From a bacterium (GTDB lineage: Bacteria > Electryoneota > Electryoneia > Electryoneales > Electryoneaceae): a stretch of 64,000 nucleotides of DNA. The position numbers were made by a program, and so were the translations under genes. Shown here piece after piece: positions 37,930-47,466 of this stretch. The first letter of the stretch is position 1. Each line of letters begins with the position of its first letter. The stretch spans positions 266,938 to 330,937 of the forward strand of contig JAHLLB010000001.1 of assembly GCA_020444425.1 (NCBI GenBank), in the 5' to 3' direction. A model generated the notes under the pieces. That model was given only the letters and a program-made list of their open reading frames with translations. It had not been told where the DNA came from and did no database searches.

Positions 37930-40128
37930 GTGAACGTTTGGTCACCCCTATCTTCCCGCATGCCTTCAACCCCTGGAAACAAGAAAGCCGCGCCGCTCGA
38001 ACTGCCGGTCGCGTACCTGCGCGGGATCGGTCCACGCAAGGCCAGCGCATTCAAGCAGGTCGGCGTAACCACGCTCCGTGACCTGCTGTACTACGTTCCC
38101 CGCCGTTACATCGACCGCAGCACCGCGACGAAAATCGGGTCCATCCGTGGCGAGACCAAGGGTGAGGTCTCGATCATCGGCCGGATCACCGAAGTGCAGA
38201 TGGTCAAGGGCCGGGGTGGAACCAACCGTTACGAAGCCGCGCTCGACGACGGCACCGGCACGTTGCACCTGATCTGGTTCCGGCAGACCAACCGTGTCCG
38301 CAAATGGATCACCGAGGGCTTTTCGGCTGTCTTCTCGGGCAAGGTGAACATGTATGGCGGCATCCCGCAGATCGCGCACCCGGAGGTGATGTCGCTGTCC
38401 AAGGGCGAGGCGGTGGATCTGCAGCAAGGCAAGGGCCGTTGGATCGCTTTGTACCCGGGCGGGAAAGAGTTCGACAAAGTCGATCTCGACCAGCGCGCGT
38501 TGCGAAACCTGATGGACCGCGCGGTTGGCGAATATGTCCATTCGGTGCCGGAAATCTGGCCGCAGCAGTTGCTCGACCAGTTCAAGCTGCCGACGCTCAG
38601 CGACGGACTGCGCATGGTACACCGTCCGCACAACGCGAAGGAGCGTGACCTCGGTTGGAAACGGCTCAAGTTCGACGAGCTCGTGTTGTTCCAGTTGCTG
38701 TGGTCATGGTCACGACGGCGGAACCGTGACAAGGTGAAAGGGATCGCCTACCCGGAAGTCGGCGGGTTGACCCGCGCTCTGATCGAGGAAAAGCTGCCGT
38801 TCCAGTTGACGGATGCTCAGAAACGGGTCATGCGTGAGATATGGAACGACATGAAGCAGCCGCACCCGATGACACGTCTGTTGCAGGGCGATGTTGGCTC
38901 GGGCAAGACGGTGATTGCGTTGATCGCGATGTGTATCGCCGTCGAAAATGGGCACCAGGCGGCGTTAATGGCGCCGACCGAAATCCTCGCTGAACAGCAC
39001 TGGCTGACCAGTCGTAAATTCCTTGACAATCTTGACATCCACGTCGACCTGCTCACCGGCAGCATGTCGGAAAAGGAGCGGCGCGGCAAGTACGAGCGCC
39101 TGTCGCAAGGCCAGCCGGGAATTATCATCGGCACGCACGCCCTGATCCAGGACAAGGTGAAGTTGCCGAATCTCGGCCTCACCATCATTGACGAACAGCA
39201 CCGTTTCGGTGTCGCGCAACGATTGAAGCTGATGGAACCGGACCATGTCAAGGGCCGCAATTTCGACGGGTCGGATCTGCTGCGGCCGGACGTGCTGGTA
39301 ATGACCGCGACCCCCATCCCCCGCTCGCTGGCGTTGACGCTGTACGGCGACCTCGATGTCAGCCGGTTGGACGAAATGCCGCCGGGACGTGGAATGGTCA
39401 CGACCAAGGCCTACAACGCCGATTTCGAGCGGCAGAAAATTTATCAGCAGATTGCGGGACGAGTGCGCAAAGGCGACCGTGCCTATGTCATTTTCCCGCT
39501 CGTGGAACAATCGGAGAAGCTCGACCTCGCCGCTGCGGAAACCGGGCATGAGGAGTTGTCCGCCGGTGCCTTCAAAGGGCTGAAGGTCGGCCTGTTGCAC
39601 GGCCGGATGAAGATGGAGGAAAAGGCGGAGGCGATGCGCAAGTTCGCGTCCGGGGAAACGCCGGTGCTGGTCTCAACGACCGTTGTCGAAGTCGGTGTCG
39701 ATGTGCCGGAAGCGACGATCATGATCATCGAACACGCCGAGCGTTTCGGCCTTAGCCAGCTGCACCAGTTGCGTGGGCGAATCGGACGTGGCGGACGCGA
39801 TGGCTTCTGCTGCCTGTTCTTCTATCCCCCACTCGGCCGCACGGCGGAAGGGCGATTGTCGATCATGCAGAAGACGACGGACGGCTTTGTCATTGCCGAG
39901 GAAGATCTGCGGCTGCGCGGCATGGGTGACTTTTTCGGTGTCAAGCAGAGCGGTCTGCCACCGTTGCGTTTCTCGGATATCGTCGAGGATCAGGATCTGG
40001 TGCGTCTCACGCGCAAGGTCGCGGATGACCTGATCAACCAGAGTCCCGACCTGAGACAATTCCCTGCGCTCGAAAAGGAATTCCGCCGGACGGCGCTGGG
40101 GCGTGTTGGCTGGCTCGAGGCGGGGTGA
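37930..40128 (+). CDS. recG: ATP-dependent DNA helicase RecG
   Basis: Wedge-domain N-terminus. Walker A GDVGSGKTVIALIAM. DEQHRFGV (DEAH-box variant). Helicase C motifs (QLRGRIGRGG). Length is typical for RecG. Confidence 0.9.
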   Translation: MNVWSPLSSRMPSTPGNKKAAPLELPVAYLRGIGPRKASAFKQVGVTTLRDLLYYVPRRYIDRSTATKIGSIRGETKGEVSIIGRITEVQMVKGRGGTNRYEAALDDGTGTLHLIWFRQTNRVRKWITEGFSAVFSGKVNMYGGIPQIAHPEVMSLSKGEAVDLQQGKGRWIALYPGGKEFDKVDLDQRALRNLMDRAVGEYVHSVPEIWPQQLLDQFKLPTLSDGLRMVHRPHNAKERDLGWKRLKFDELVLFQLLWSWSRRRNRDKVKGIAYPEVGGLTRALIEEKLPFQLTDAQKRVMREIWNDMKQPHPMTRLLQGDVGSGKTVIALIAMCIAVENGHQAALMAPTEILAEQHWLTSRKFLDNLDIHVDLLTGSMSEKERRGKYERLSQGQPGIIIGTHALIQDKVKLPNLGLTIIDEQHRFGVAQRLKLMEPDHVKGRNFDGSDLLRPDVLVMTATPIPRSLALTLYGDLDVSRLDEMPPGRGMVTTKAYNADFERQKIYQQIAGRVRKGDRAYVIFPLVEQSEKLDLAAAETGHEELSAGAFKGLKVGLLHGRMKMEEKAEAMRKFASGETPVLVSTTVVEVGVDVPEATIMIIEHAERFGLSQLHQLRGRIGRGGRDGFCCLFFYPPLGRTAEGRLSIMQKTTDGFVIAEEDLRLRGMGDFFGVKQSGLPPLRFSDIVEDQDLVRLTRKVADDLINQSPDLRQFPALEKEFRRTALGRVGWLEAG

Positions 40129-40132
40129 TCTG

Positions 40133-40153
40133 AGTGGTGAGTGGTGAGTAAAA
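40133..40153. repeat. Heptamer tandem repeat (GAGTGGT)x3 immediately after the recG stop
   Basis: TGAGTGGTGAGTGGTGAGTAA. Confidence 0.7.
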
Positions 40154-40202
40154 CAACACATCCTCTAAACAACAAATCCACCAGTTTCGATATGGACGAA
40201 AT

Positions 40203-40234
40203 CCAAAGGTCGCGACAGATGTCGCGACCTTTGG
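40203..40234. terminator. Perfect 15-bp palindrome between the convergent recG and 40266..44039 genes; candidate bidirectional terminator or protein-binding site
   Basis: CCAAAGGTCGCGACA-GA-TGTCGCGACCTTTGG. No strong U-tract on either side. Confidence 0.4.
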
Positions 40235-40265
40235 AATGAAAGCTTGCCTGGTACCGGGCCTGTGG

Positions 40266-43200
40266 TTAGAAGTCCGCTCCGATGGAGAAATAGTATCTCG
40301 GTTTGGTGACGGTGTCCAGCTCGTTCTTCCACGCCATGTCCCATTTCAGCAAGAAAATGCCTAGATTGGCCCGGAATCCCCAGCCGTAGCCCATGTGGAA
40401 ATCGTCGAACTGGGCGTTCCCGTCGGGCGGGTCATCAATGAAGCGGAAGAAGTCGTCACTCCACACCGCGCCGGCGTCGAGGAAAATTGCGCCACGGATG
40501 TTGCTGAAGTAGAATGGTAGCGGCCACCCGAACAGCACCTGGCGAATCAATGGGAAGCGGAACTCGTTGTTCAGCAGCACGTACCGGTTGCCGTAATCCT
40601 CATAGTAATCCGCGCCACGCAACGGCGTCGCGAACCCGGAGAAGTAGATATCCTCGATGTCATCCCGGATGTACCCGCCCTCGAAGCGACGGTTGATCCA
40701 GTTGCTGACACCGCCGAGGAAGAAGGTCTGCGGGTGTTGGCCGAAACTGGCCGCACCAGACAGACGGAACGCGAAGCTGTAGTCCAGGCCAACGTGGTAA
40801 TACTTGCGCGCGTCCAGCGACACGGTCTGGAAATCCAGTCCCCATAAATCCTTGGACGTCTTCGGGTCTTCTCCGTCGAGGTCCGGACTGTAGGCAAATC
40901 CGATACGATACCGGTGTCCGTTCAGCGGACCAGTCCAGCCCCAGAGGGTGTTGTCGTGGACGTACGCAATCGACGGCAGGATGAAGTGCATCTTGCGGTC
41001 AGGGATATAGTCGTAGCGATCGTAATCCCAGCGGTCGCGGTCGATGTTGACCAGGCTGGCGGAGAAGTCGAACCGGTTGTAGCGTGAGAATGGGTAGCTC
41101 ACGGTTCCGGACGCACCCCAGTTGCGGTCACGGATATCGCCACCGTCGAAGAAGTAGACGTTGTGGAACGCGCCGCCACCGAAGTCCCACCGTTCCGGCA
41201 AGTGGTAGTAGTAGAGATTGAAGTTGCTGTTCTCGAAGTTGTAGTAGAGGTCGGTTCCAATGAAGATGACATGATTGCCGAGCACGTCGGATATCATGAT
41301 CTGGCCATACCCCTGCAACCCGAAGAACGCACTGTACCCCGCCGCCGCGGAGACAATATCCGGACTGAACTTGAGCTTGTACTTGCGTGGGATGAAACGC
41401 CCGTCCGCGCCAAGGATCGAATCCTGTTCGACGTCGGTGAGTTCGGTGTCGTTGTCGTCGCTTCCACTCCATCCCGCCGGATAGAAGATGAAATTGCGAT
41501 ACGTGCCCGAGGCACCTTCTTCTGCCGGACGGGTCCGCCGTCCAGACACCAGCCGCACCTTTTCCTCGTGCTCGGTGGTATCATTCACCGCCACCGTGGA
41601 GTCCAGCTGCGCTGCTTCGTGCGCGGTCAGGGACGTGTCAGTCACGGTCGAATCGGAAACGTCCAGGTTCAGGTCTTCCTCGTTGACAACGAGCTGGTCT
41701 TCGTCAAGGATGACGGTGCCGTTGCCTATCGCGAACGCCGTATCAAACGGGGATTTCTCAAGCAAGGTTTCGGGTTCGACAGCGAGAGTGTCCATGCTGG
41801 TGCCAACAGAATCGCCAATGGCTTCATGCCCGAGCGCCTCGAGGATTTCCTGTTCTTCCGGACTGCCCGGTTCAACCGGTTTGCCGCCTGTGAGTTGATC
41901 AAGCCACGGGTTTCCATTCGGACCGTTGAGCCCGTTCTCCGCCAGCTCGGTCATCGCCTTCATCCGCGCTTCGAGGTCGTCGGAATCCTTGATGATGCCG
42001 CGCACCTTCTGCTGATAATACGTCAGGCTCGGTTTCTTGCGGCGATCTTCATCGAACGGATTCTTGTACAGGTACAGATCGTACCCAGCGTTGAAGAAAC
42101 TGGCGAAGGCAACACTTCCGTTGTCCGACCAACTCGGCGTGAACACACCCGTCAGGATGTCTGTCGTCGCCCAGGTCTCGTCCGTGTTCAGATCATGCAT
42201 GTACAGGTTGTACGCACCGCTGCGGTCGGAGACGAAGCTGATGACCCCTTCCCTTGAGGTAAACGATGGCGATCGATCCTCATAAACGTCGTTGGTCAGC
42301 CGGGTAATCGTGTTCGTGTCAAGGTTGATCATGTAGACGTCGTGCTGCTCGTAGTTCTGTTCCCACAGGTCCAGAACTGTCCCGCTTGCTGACAGCTTGT
42401 CGCCACGGTCGGAAATAAACAGCACGTCACCATTCGGCCCCCACTCAGGGTCATAGTCGCTGTAACGGTCGTCGGTTACCTTGGCAAGGCTTTCCACATC
42501 GCCGATGTTGAACACGTACAGGTCCGTTTGACCGTCCGCATAGGCGGAGAACAGGATGCGTGACCCATCCGGCGACCAGCTCGGGCTGAACAGGCCGTCG
42601 AGACCGAATTTGTACTCGCCGGTGATTTCGCCGTCGTCAACGTTCAGCGTGTACAGCGCATCCTCGCCGCCGTCTTCCGCGACGAATGCGATGGACCGTC
42701 CATCGGGCGACCAGTCAATCCACGGCCGCAGCCATAGCAACTGCTCAAACAGGTACACCCCGCCGCCGCCACTGACCACCTTCTCCTCGACTTCACCGGT
42801 GACCGTGTTGACCAGGTACATGCTCATGTAGTCGTCCTTGTCGGAGAGCATGATCAATCGATCACCCTCGGGCGACAAGGCCGGAGACGTGTTGACGAAG
42901 TTGTACCACTCTTCATGGTCAGTGATCCGGACCGCAAAATCTTCCGGGGATTCAAAGTGTGCCGCTGTTGGCCAGATCTGGCGCTTCAGATGCTTGTGCC
43001 AGCGTTCGGACAGCTCTTCCAGGTCGTACCCGAGCACATCCTTGACCGCTGTGCCGAAATTCCTCCGGCTGCGGACCTTGCGCAGCAGTTCGCCGACTTT
43101 TTCCGGTCCGTAACGTTCCTCGAGGAAATACAGCAGCGACTGGCCACCCTTGTAGATGAAGTAGCCCTGCAGGTAATCCAGCGGCATCAGGTAATCGTTG

Positions 43201-44039
43201 ATGATCGCGTCGCGGAGGTACATGTCCGCTTCATTTCCCCAGCCGTAGCGGCTTTCGTACTCGGCAATACCTTCAATGAACCACAGCGGTAGCGGCAGAC
43301 GGCTGATCCCGGTGAGGATGCTCTGCACCCCTTCCCCATAGAGCATGCGCAGCATGACCGCGTGCGTCAGCTCATGGTGAATGACGTGCCGGAACATCGA
43401 ATTCGATCCCTGGAATGGGATCACGACACGGTTCTTGAGGAATTCGGTGAAGCCGCCGGTGGATTCGCTGGGTGTACCGCCGCTGACATTGTTGTTCTGG
43501 AACGAGTTGTGACTTGGGAAAACGATAATCGAGATCCGGCCCTCGAGGGTGTAGTTCCACGAATCCTCGATTGCGACCAGCGCTTCTTCCGCTTCCCAGC
43601 CGGTAAACTCGCCCGCTTCGAAATATTCCTGCGGGTAGTAGATATCGAAGTGTTCGGTCTTGAGGAAGTACCACGTGAAATCGCGGTAATTGACCTTGTT
43701 CTGGCCGAAGTACTGCGCGTTCGCAACGGGAATATGCAGCAGCAGCGCGAACAACAGGAGGCCGGCCAACCAGCCGAAGGTGCGTCGTCGAGAGTGCCCG
43801 GCACCAAAGGTCAGGGGGTCAGTGCGATGAAGAGAGCGTCTGTGCGTCAACGGGTGACGCAACTTTGGCGCGAGCATAATGCCACTCGTGTCGGTAAATG
43901 AAGAACCCATTGCAGATCGTATACTCGCTGGTGAGCGTTGAAGATCCAACCCCGTAAGGTAGGCGCTGGAGTTCGTGGAAAACAGCCCACGTTGAACAAT
44001 GCAGGCAGCCTTCGTGTTTGCCGCGAGATCTCCGGTCAC
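40266..44039 (-). CDS. Large multidomain envelope protein: HExxH metallopeptidase-like domain, then PD40/TolB-like beta-propeller repeats, then a C-terminal Omp85-like (bacterial surface antigen) beta-barrel
   Basis: 1257 aa. HExxH in FRHVIHHELTHAVMLRML. PD40-like repeats (WSPDGRSIAFVAEDGG, SWSPDGSRILFSAYADGQTDLYVFN, PEWGPNGDVLFISDRGD). C-terminal barrel ends YYFSIGADF (terminal Phe). The GTG start at 44039 overlaps the stop of the upstream gene (GTGA). A hydrophobic signal-like segment (WLAGLLLFALLLHIPVANAQ) lies about 85 aa in, so the true start is uncertain. An alternative ATG is at 43877. Confidence 0.55.
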   Translation of the reverse strand: MTGDLAANTKAACIVQRGLFSTNSSAYLTGLDLQRSPASIRSAMGSSFTDTSGIMLAPKLRHPLTHRRSLHRTDPLTFGAGHSRRRTFGWLAGLLLFALLLHIPVANAQYFGQNKVNYRDFTWYFLKTEHFDIYYPQEYFEAGEFTGWEAEEALVAIEDSWNYTLEGRISIIVFPSHNSFQNNNVSGGTPSESTGGFTEFLKNRVVIPFQGSNSMFRHVIHHELTHAVMLRMLYGEGVQSILTGISRLPLPLWFIEGIAEYESRYGWGNEADMYLRDAIINDYLMPLDYLQGYFIYKGGQSLLYFLEERYGPEKVGELLRKVRSRRNFGTAVKDVLGYDLEELSERWHKHLKRQIWPTAAHFESPEDFAVRITDHEEWYNFVNTSPALSPEGDRLIMLSDKDDYMSMYLVNTVTGEVEEKVVSGGGGVYLFEQLLWLRPWIDWSPDGRSIAFVAEDGGEDALYTLNVDDGEITGEYKFGLDGLFSPSWSPDGSRILFSAYADGQTDLYVFNIGDVESLAKVTDDRYSDYDPEWGPNGDVLFISDRGDKLSASGTVLDLWEQNYEQHDVYMINLDTNTITRLTNDVYEDRSPSFTSREGVISFVSDRSGAYNLYMHDLNTDETWATTDILTGVFTPSWSDNGSVAFASFFNAGYDLYLYKNPFDEDRRKKPSLTYYQQKVRGIIKDSDDLEARMKAMTELAENGLNGPNGNPWLDQLTGGKPVEPGSPEEQEILEALGHEAIGDSVGTSMDTLAVEPETLLEKSPFDTAFAIGNGTVILDEDQLVVNEEDLNLDVSDSTVTDTSLTAHEAAQLDSTVAVNDTTEHEEKVRLVSGRRTRPAEEGASGTYRNFIFYPAGWSGSDDNDTELTDVEQDSILGADGRFIPRKYKLKFSPDIVSAAAGYSAFFGLQGYGQIMISDVLGNHVIFIGTDLYYNFENSNFNLYYYHLPERWDFGGGAFHNVYFFDGGDIRDRNWGASGTVSYPFSRYNRFDFSASLVNIDRDRWDYDRYDYIPDRKMHFILPSIAYVHDNTLWGWTGPLNGHRYRIGFAYSPDLDGEDPKTSKDLWGLDFQTVSLDARKYYHVGLDYSFAFRLSGAASFGQHPQTFFLGGVSNWINRRFEGGYIRDDIEDIYFSGFATPLRGADYYEDYGNRYVLLNNEFRFPLIRQVLFGWPLPFYFSNIRGAIFLDAGAVWSDDFFRFIDDPPDGNAQFDDFHMGYGWGFRANLGIFLLKWDMAWKNELDTVTKPRYYFSIGADF

Positions 44040-45745
44040 TTGCCGCCGCTCCAGTCACTTCGCCGCTGCTCCGAGACACGAAGCATCTCGTTCACCCGGT
44101 GCCGGACGGTGTGCCCCTCGAGCACAGCTTTACGCATCCTTTCCCCGATCTCCGCTCGCAGACTCGGCTTCGCAATCAGTTCGCTGACCTTCGTCTGCAA
44201 ATCAGCGGCGGACGTGAACGCAATCCTGTCCGCCAGCTCTGCACCGAACAATTCCGGCAACGCCGCGAGATCATCGTTGAGCACCGCTCGGCCGCACGCT
44301 CCCACATCAAACGGCCGCTGGTTCGGATGGGTCTGCATCTGCAGGTTTGTCAACGAGATGTGCACGGCATCGGTTCGGTACAGTTTCGGCAAATCGGTGT
44401 AGAAATCCAGCGGTTCGCGCAGCTCGATGCGTTCGTCCAGCAGTCCTTCCCAGCCCATGCCGAAGACCGTCAGGTGATTGGACGCGAGAGAATTCAACAG
44501 GTTTACCCGGTACGCCAGGTTCGCCTGCTGTACCGCATAGGCCGGGAGCCGCCGCTTGGCTTCCAGATCCAAAGTTTTCTCAGGATCGAGCGTTCCGAGC
44601 AGCTCGTCAACGCGTTCGTGTGCTGGCGGTTGGCGTGTCCGCAGGATCTCCGTTTCCAGTGCACGCGCCGCCTTGCCCGCAATTTCGGACTTGTCCAGCG
44701 CGGCAAAGAAGCCGAACGTGCTCGCAAACCTCGGGCTACCGACGAACACGACACGTCCCGTCAGCTCGGCGAATCCGTCACCTGGTTTGAACAGGGTCTC
44801 GTCCGTGGCGAGTGGTAATGGGTGCGCGTTCGGAAAGCCGGCGTCCCGCCAACCGTCGATCCCGTTGCGGTCCCAGCAGAAGCCGATGCGTTGCCGGCCA
44901 GCGCCGTGGATTTCATCCGGATGCAACAGGAAGCGCGGATCATCCAGCAGCCACGTTGCCCACGCTACCCCCGCCTGCTCACACGCCTCCGGCAGCAGGC
45001 CGATTTCGTCCGATCCACGATTGTTCGTGGACAGCACCAGGTCAGGCGTATGGGTGTTAAGCAAGTCCAACGCCGACGTGGCGTTGAGTCCGGTCAATGC
45101 AGTCTGTTGAATGTGTGTCACATGGATCGAGCGGCGCTGCAGTTCGCTTAGCAGTTCACGTTCATACAGCCCCCCACTGCCGACAAACAGCACCCGGCGG
45201 ATGGCGGGATCGGTCGCTCGAGCTGGTTCTGCTGTATGATGGCGGGCGACGTGCACGTCCAGCGCGCCGTAGAAGCCGGGAAACGCCTTCGTCTCGCGCG
45301 GATGCCGAACGATGACCGCGTCCGGATAGCGGTCCAGAAACGGCTGCACGTGGTCCCGCCACACACGCGCCGGGTCGTCATCCGCGACGAGAGACATCTC
45401 TTCGGAGGCGTCTGCGAAACGGCGGTTGATGCGTTTCACGTTCGCGTCAAGTAGCGCCCGCGAACGAACCACCGCCAGCGCCGGCGTGTAGCCCTCTTCG
45501 AGTGCGGTCCGTGTGAAGTATCCGCTTCCGGATCCCAGCAACAGCAACGGCGTTCCCGGCTTACATCCGGCCTTCAGCAAGGTGCGAGTTGCTTCTCCAC
45601 GGGGCTCGTAGGGCGAGTCGATGGCTTTCAGACCGGTCGGCGTTTCAAGGCTATAGGCTGTCCACAAGCCGCCGCGCGCGAGTTCTTCGCTTACGTGTTC
45701 GACCAGCGATTCCGGCAGATTGTCGCTCACTCGCAGAGTCTTCAT
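44036..45745 (-). CDS. CgeB-like / DUF3880-type glycosyltransferase-family protein
   Basis: 569 aa. The C-terminal part (TVFGMGWEGLLD...VGACGRAVLNDDLAALPELFG...AADLQTKVSELIAKPSLRAEIGERMRK) resembles the CgeB/Glyco_trans_1_2 fold. Start ATG at 45745 overlaps the upstream stop (ATGA). Confidence 0.45.
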   Translation of the reverse strand: MKTLRVSDNLPESLVEHVSEELARGGLWTAYSLETPTGLKAIDSPYEPRGEATRTLLKAGCKPGTPLLLLGSGSGYFTRTALEEGYTPALAVVRSRALLDANVKRINRRFADASEEMSLVADDDPARVWRDHVQPFLDRYPDAVIVRHPRETKAFPGFYGALDVHVARHHTAEPARATDPAIRRVLFVGSGGLYERELLSELQRRSIHVTHIQQTALTGLNATSALDLLNTHTPDLVLSTNNRGSDEIGLLPEACEQAGVAWATWLLDDPRFLLHPDEIHGAGRQRIGFCWDRNGIDGWRDAGFPNAHPLPLATDETLFKPGDGFAELTGRVVFVGSPRFASTFGFFAALDKSEIAGKAARALETEILRTRQPPAHERVDELLGTLDPEKTLDLEAKRRLPAYAVQQANLAYRVNLLNSLASNHLTVFGMGWEGLLDERIELREPLDFYTDLPKLYRTDAVHISLTNLQMQTHPNQRPFDVGACGRAVLNDDLAALPELFGAELADRIAFTSAADLQTKVSELIAKPSLRAEIGERMRKAVLEGHTVRHRVNEMLRVSEQRRSDWSGGK

Positions 45746-46536
45746 ACAGCCATTCCGGGCAGGGGTTCATCGGGGACGGAAATCGTCTCGCGGTCGTGGT
45801 GTTTCTGCAGGAACCATTCCATGTCCGTCTGCCACTTGCTGTCGGAGGCGGACGCACCGCCGGAATCATGCAGCACCAGCAGCGGAAGGGTCCAATTCTT
45901 TAATCCGGCATTGTGCGCACTGAGGCAGAAGTCCATGTCGTAGAAATGGAAATGGTCTGGATCGCCGCTGCGGGGCGGTATGTCGCGCACCGTCCCGGCG
46001 CGTGCCGCCATCAGCAGACCATCGACCACGAGCACACGGGACCACCCGCCGTACGCGTTGACGCGCAATCCTTCCGGACGGCGATGCAGCACCATGCCAC
46101 TGAGCTTCTCATGCTGCCACCAGCCGCGTCCCGGGGTCATTTCGCAGCTTCCGGCAACTCCGGCGAATCCGAAATCCGGCTGGCTGGCCAGTTTACGCAG
46201 GATCACCCACCACGCCGGTCCCTGGGGTGTGGGTTCGATCCAGGTTTTCAGCGGTGCCTGCAGTTGAGCCGGCAGGCCGTTGATCGTCTCGAGGGTTGCG
46301 GGAACAATATCCTGATGCACGAACAGCATCAGGCTGTCGCGGCTGGGTATCATGCGCGCCGCGTTGTGGTAAGCTACTCGGAGTGAGTCCACCTGTCCCA
46401 GCCGCATCGGGTTAACGGTCGCGTACGGTTCGAGCACGTCACGGAATCCAGCTTCCATGCGCTCCAACCGCTCGGAGTCGTCCCCGGTGCTGACAAGGTA
46501 CAGGGTATCGGGATGTTGCGGAGTCGATTTGTTCAC
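45742..46536 (-). CDS. Hypothetical protein, possibly a GT-A-like glycosyltransferase
   Basis: 264 aa, GTG start. No firm motif. Operonic with the flanking genes. Confidence 0.35.
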   Translation of the reverse strand: MNKSTPQHPDTLYLVSTGDDSERLERMEAGFRDVLEPYATVNPMRLGQVDSLRVAYHNAARMIPSRDSLMLFVHQDIVPATLETINGLPAQLQAPLKTWIEPTPQGPAWWVILRKLASQPDFGFAGVAGSCEMTPGRGWWQHEKLSGMVLHRRPEGLRVNAYGGWSRVLVVDGLLMAARAGTVRDIPPRSGDPDHFHFYDMDFCLSAHNAGLKNWTLPLLVLHDSGGASASDSKWQTDMEWFLQKHHDRETISVPDEPLPGMAV

Positions 46537-46614
46537 GCCGGAAAGTACAATCCCGTGCGCAGCATCGCCTCGTCAACACCCGGTGCAGATGGATTGCGGA
46601 GAACGCCCGGGCGC

Positions 46615-47064
46615 TCAGTGATGGTGATGGCCACCCTTGCACAGCGACCCTCGCGGATCCGCGACAAACTCGCCCATGCGGTACTTTTCGACGATCGCCT
46701 CGACCGTGCGTTCCCGGGTGTACATCACGTCGATGCCGGCTGCACAGAAGTCCTGTTGCAGGCGCGGTCCCATCCCCAACGCGATAACCACATCGACACC
46801 GCGCAGGTTGTCGATCATCGTCGCATGGCTGTGATGGTGGCCGTTACCTTGCCCCTGGCCCTGGCCAAAACCCTGTCCGAGTTGCTGGTTGCCGCCGTGC
46901 TCCTGCCCGTGGGCATGCTGCTGGTGATGATGCGGGCTGTCATGTTTTACGAAGCGGGGTTCTGAAACTTGCGAATCGTTGACCTCGTAGACGAGGAACC
47001 CGGCCGCACGTCCCGTGTGGGGAATCAGGCCGTGGTTCTCATCAACGGGTATCGCGATGGTCAT
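46615..47064 (-). CDS. NifX/NifB-like dinitrogenase FeMo-cofactor-binding-domain family protein, with a His/Gln/Gly-rich insert and a natural His4 tail
   Basis: MTIAIPVDENHGLIPHTGRAAGFLVYEV...VDVVIALGMGPRLQQDFCAAGIDV matches the Nitro_FeMo-Co fold. Insert HDSPHHHQQHAHGQEHGGNQQLGQGFGQGQGQGNGHHHSHA. C-terminus GGHHHH*. Confidence 0.55.
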   Translation of the reverse strand: MTIAIPVDENHGLIPHTGRAAGFLVYEVNDSQVSEPRFVKHDSPHHHQQHAHGQEHGGNQQLGQGFGQGQGQGNGHHHSHATMIDNLRGVDVVIALGMGPRLQQDFCAAGIDVMYTRERTVEAIVEKYRMGEFVADPRGSLCKGGHHHH

Positions 47065-47466
47065 CTCACCATCTCCTTGATGTTAATCCTGGCGTAATGG
47101 ATGCTCTCACTGCCGGCTGATGTGCCGAATTTCAGCTATGCCGGTTTGTAGAGAGAAACGGCACCGCAACGTAACCGTCATGGGAGCCCCCCAACCACCA
47201 CGCGATTCGCGCCACGATGCCATCTGCTTGTGTTTTAGCAATCTCTGCACCAAAAACAGCCAGTGTCTCGAGGCACAGAGATCTCGTTAAATACCAGCCA
47301 ACTAACCGGCCTCCAACTCTCCTGACTGGTTGACTGATCGTACCAGACTTGAAACAGTCCTCTGAAACAGTTGCATTTCTGCACCATACTCACTATTTTC
47401 TTCTCGAACAACGTAGACCGAGTTTGCCACACCGGCCGACTCCCGAACCCGATCCTGGATCCCCCC

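Noticed and set aside
47371-47386. Sigma54-type -24/-12 element (TGGTGC-N5-TGCA on the minus strand) upstream of the NifX-like operon
   Set aside because: The GG-to-GC spacing is 9 nt rather than the canonical 10. Not reported as a feature.
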